64,000 nt of DNA from Rebecca billardiae RCC1528 (Eukaryota > Protista > Haptophyta): positions 1,488,001 through 1,552,000 of the forward strand of contig OZ251227.1 in assembly GCA_965240325.2 (NCBI GenBank). Direction: 5' to 3'. The notes beneath the pieces were generated by a model. It made no database searches, was not told the DNA's origin, and worked only from the letters and a program-made list of their open reading frames with translations. Each line of letters opens with the position of its first letter. The first letter of the stretch is position 1. Below, piece by piece: positions 63,155-64,000 of this stretch. Position numbers and translations under genes: made by a program.

Positions 63155-64000
63155 TCAGCGCATCGCCTGAAGGTACTCGTCAGTCCACGGCTCGGGCATG
63201 AGCTCGAGGATTGTGTCGTACACGTCATCAGCGAGGCAGTAGACTGCATCCGCGGCCGCGCGTGCACTGGCGCTGCTCTTCTTGCCCTTGGGCTTCCCCT
63301 TGGACGCGGCTGGAGCGGATGCGAGTGGCATCTCGAAGCCCTCCATGCAGAAGATCATGTGCGAGGGCACGCTCACCGTGGTGCCCTTGTCCAGCGTGTA
63401 GCAGCGCGGCCGCCGGACAACATCGTAGTAGAAGTACGCGTCGACGACGCGGTCGCCCTTCTTGTGGCGTAGCTTCGTGACGCCGTCGGCGGCGAGCATG
63501 AGCGGGTCGTCGAAGTCCTCCTCGACGGTGCGCGCGCCGTCCACTGCGGGCTGGATTAGCCAGAAGTCGTCATCGCCTCCCTCGTCGATGGCCTGCATGG
63601 CGTACGTCAAGCCAGCCTTGACCGACGTGTCCACGAACTCGTCGGTCTCCTCCTGCAGCATCAAGTCCTGGTGCGCCTGCGCCGTGGCACGCGTGGCCTG
63701 CTCGGAGCGGCCCTTCGCCTGGATCGACTTCTTGAGGTCCGTCAAGTGCCACTTGTTGCGCTCGCCGTAGATAGGCGCGAGCAGGCACTTCTCGTGGGCG
63801 GTCGCATACTCAGCCCTGTCGATGGCGCGGCGGCACGGCGCGCATGCACATGAGAGCATTCGGTAGCGCATGAAGCCGGCACCGTCGCGCGGGTCGAAGA
63901 GGAAGTGGTACGTGCCGTGCCACCCGTCCGCGAGGGCGGCGGTCTTCATGCCCGGCGCCGGCCCGCCGATCGCGCTCAGGTTCAGCTCGATCTCGGCCTT
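63155..64000 (-). mobile_element. C-terminal part of a transposase-like ORF (Sola2-like SCxCxxC tail), cut by the window end
   Basis: 'GWHGTYHF..MRYRMLSCACAPC..C' resembles the G..H..R.LSC.C..C tail of Sola2-type transposases. The frame is open to the window edge; the DDE core is not visible. Confidence 0.45.

Overview
Very GC-rich eukaryotic nuclear DNA with short GC-rich GT-AG introns and microsatellite-filled intergenic spacers. The style suggests a haptophyte alga such as a Pavlovophyceae/Diacronema-like genome (inference from composition and intron style, not a search result). I call about 18 protein-coding genes. Recognisable ones are a ZIP4/SPO22/TEX11-like meiotic TPR protein, an MFS transporter, a TauD-like dioxygenase, ALIX/Bro1, an Mss116-like DEAD-box helicase, glucosidase II beta, a cysteine-synthase-like enzyme and an Sfi1-like repeat protein. 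Several unusual genes have possible defence roles: a membrane-split TIR/HET-like protein, a fascin-like + ISG12/IFI27 fusion, a 2235-aa intronless macroglobulin-like giant and a secreted PVVSQ-repeat protein. The spacers hold many mobile elements: a (TA)n array at 12.6-16.7 kb carrying a CACC-TIR DNA transposon and a 5'-truncated restriction-like-endonuclease (RLE) retrotransposon whose 3' tail recurs at 54.6 kb, two large fold-back inverted repeats each preceded by the same ~58-bp motif, a TA-TSD MITE and a transposase-like gene cut by the window end. Most long antisense and alternate-frame ORFs in the track are GC artefacts. All family calls come from motif recognition by eye; no database search was run.
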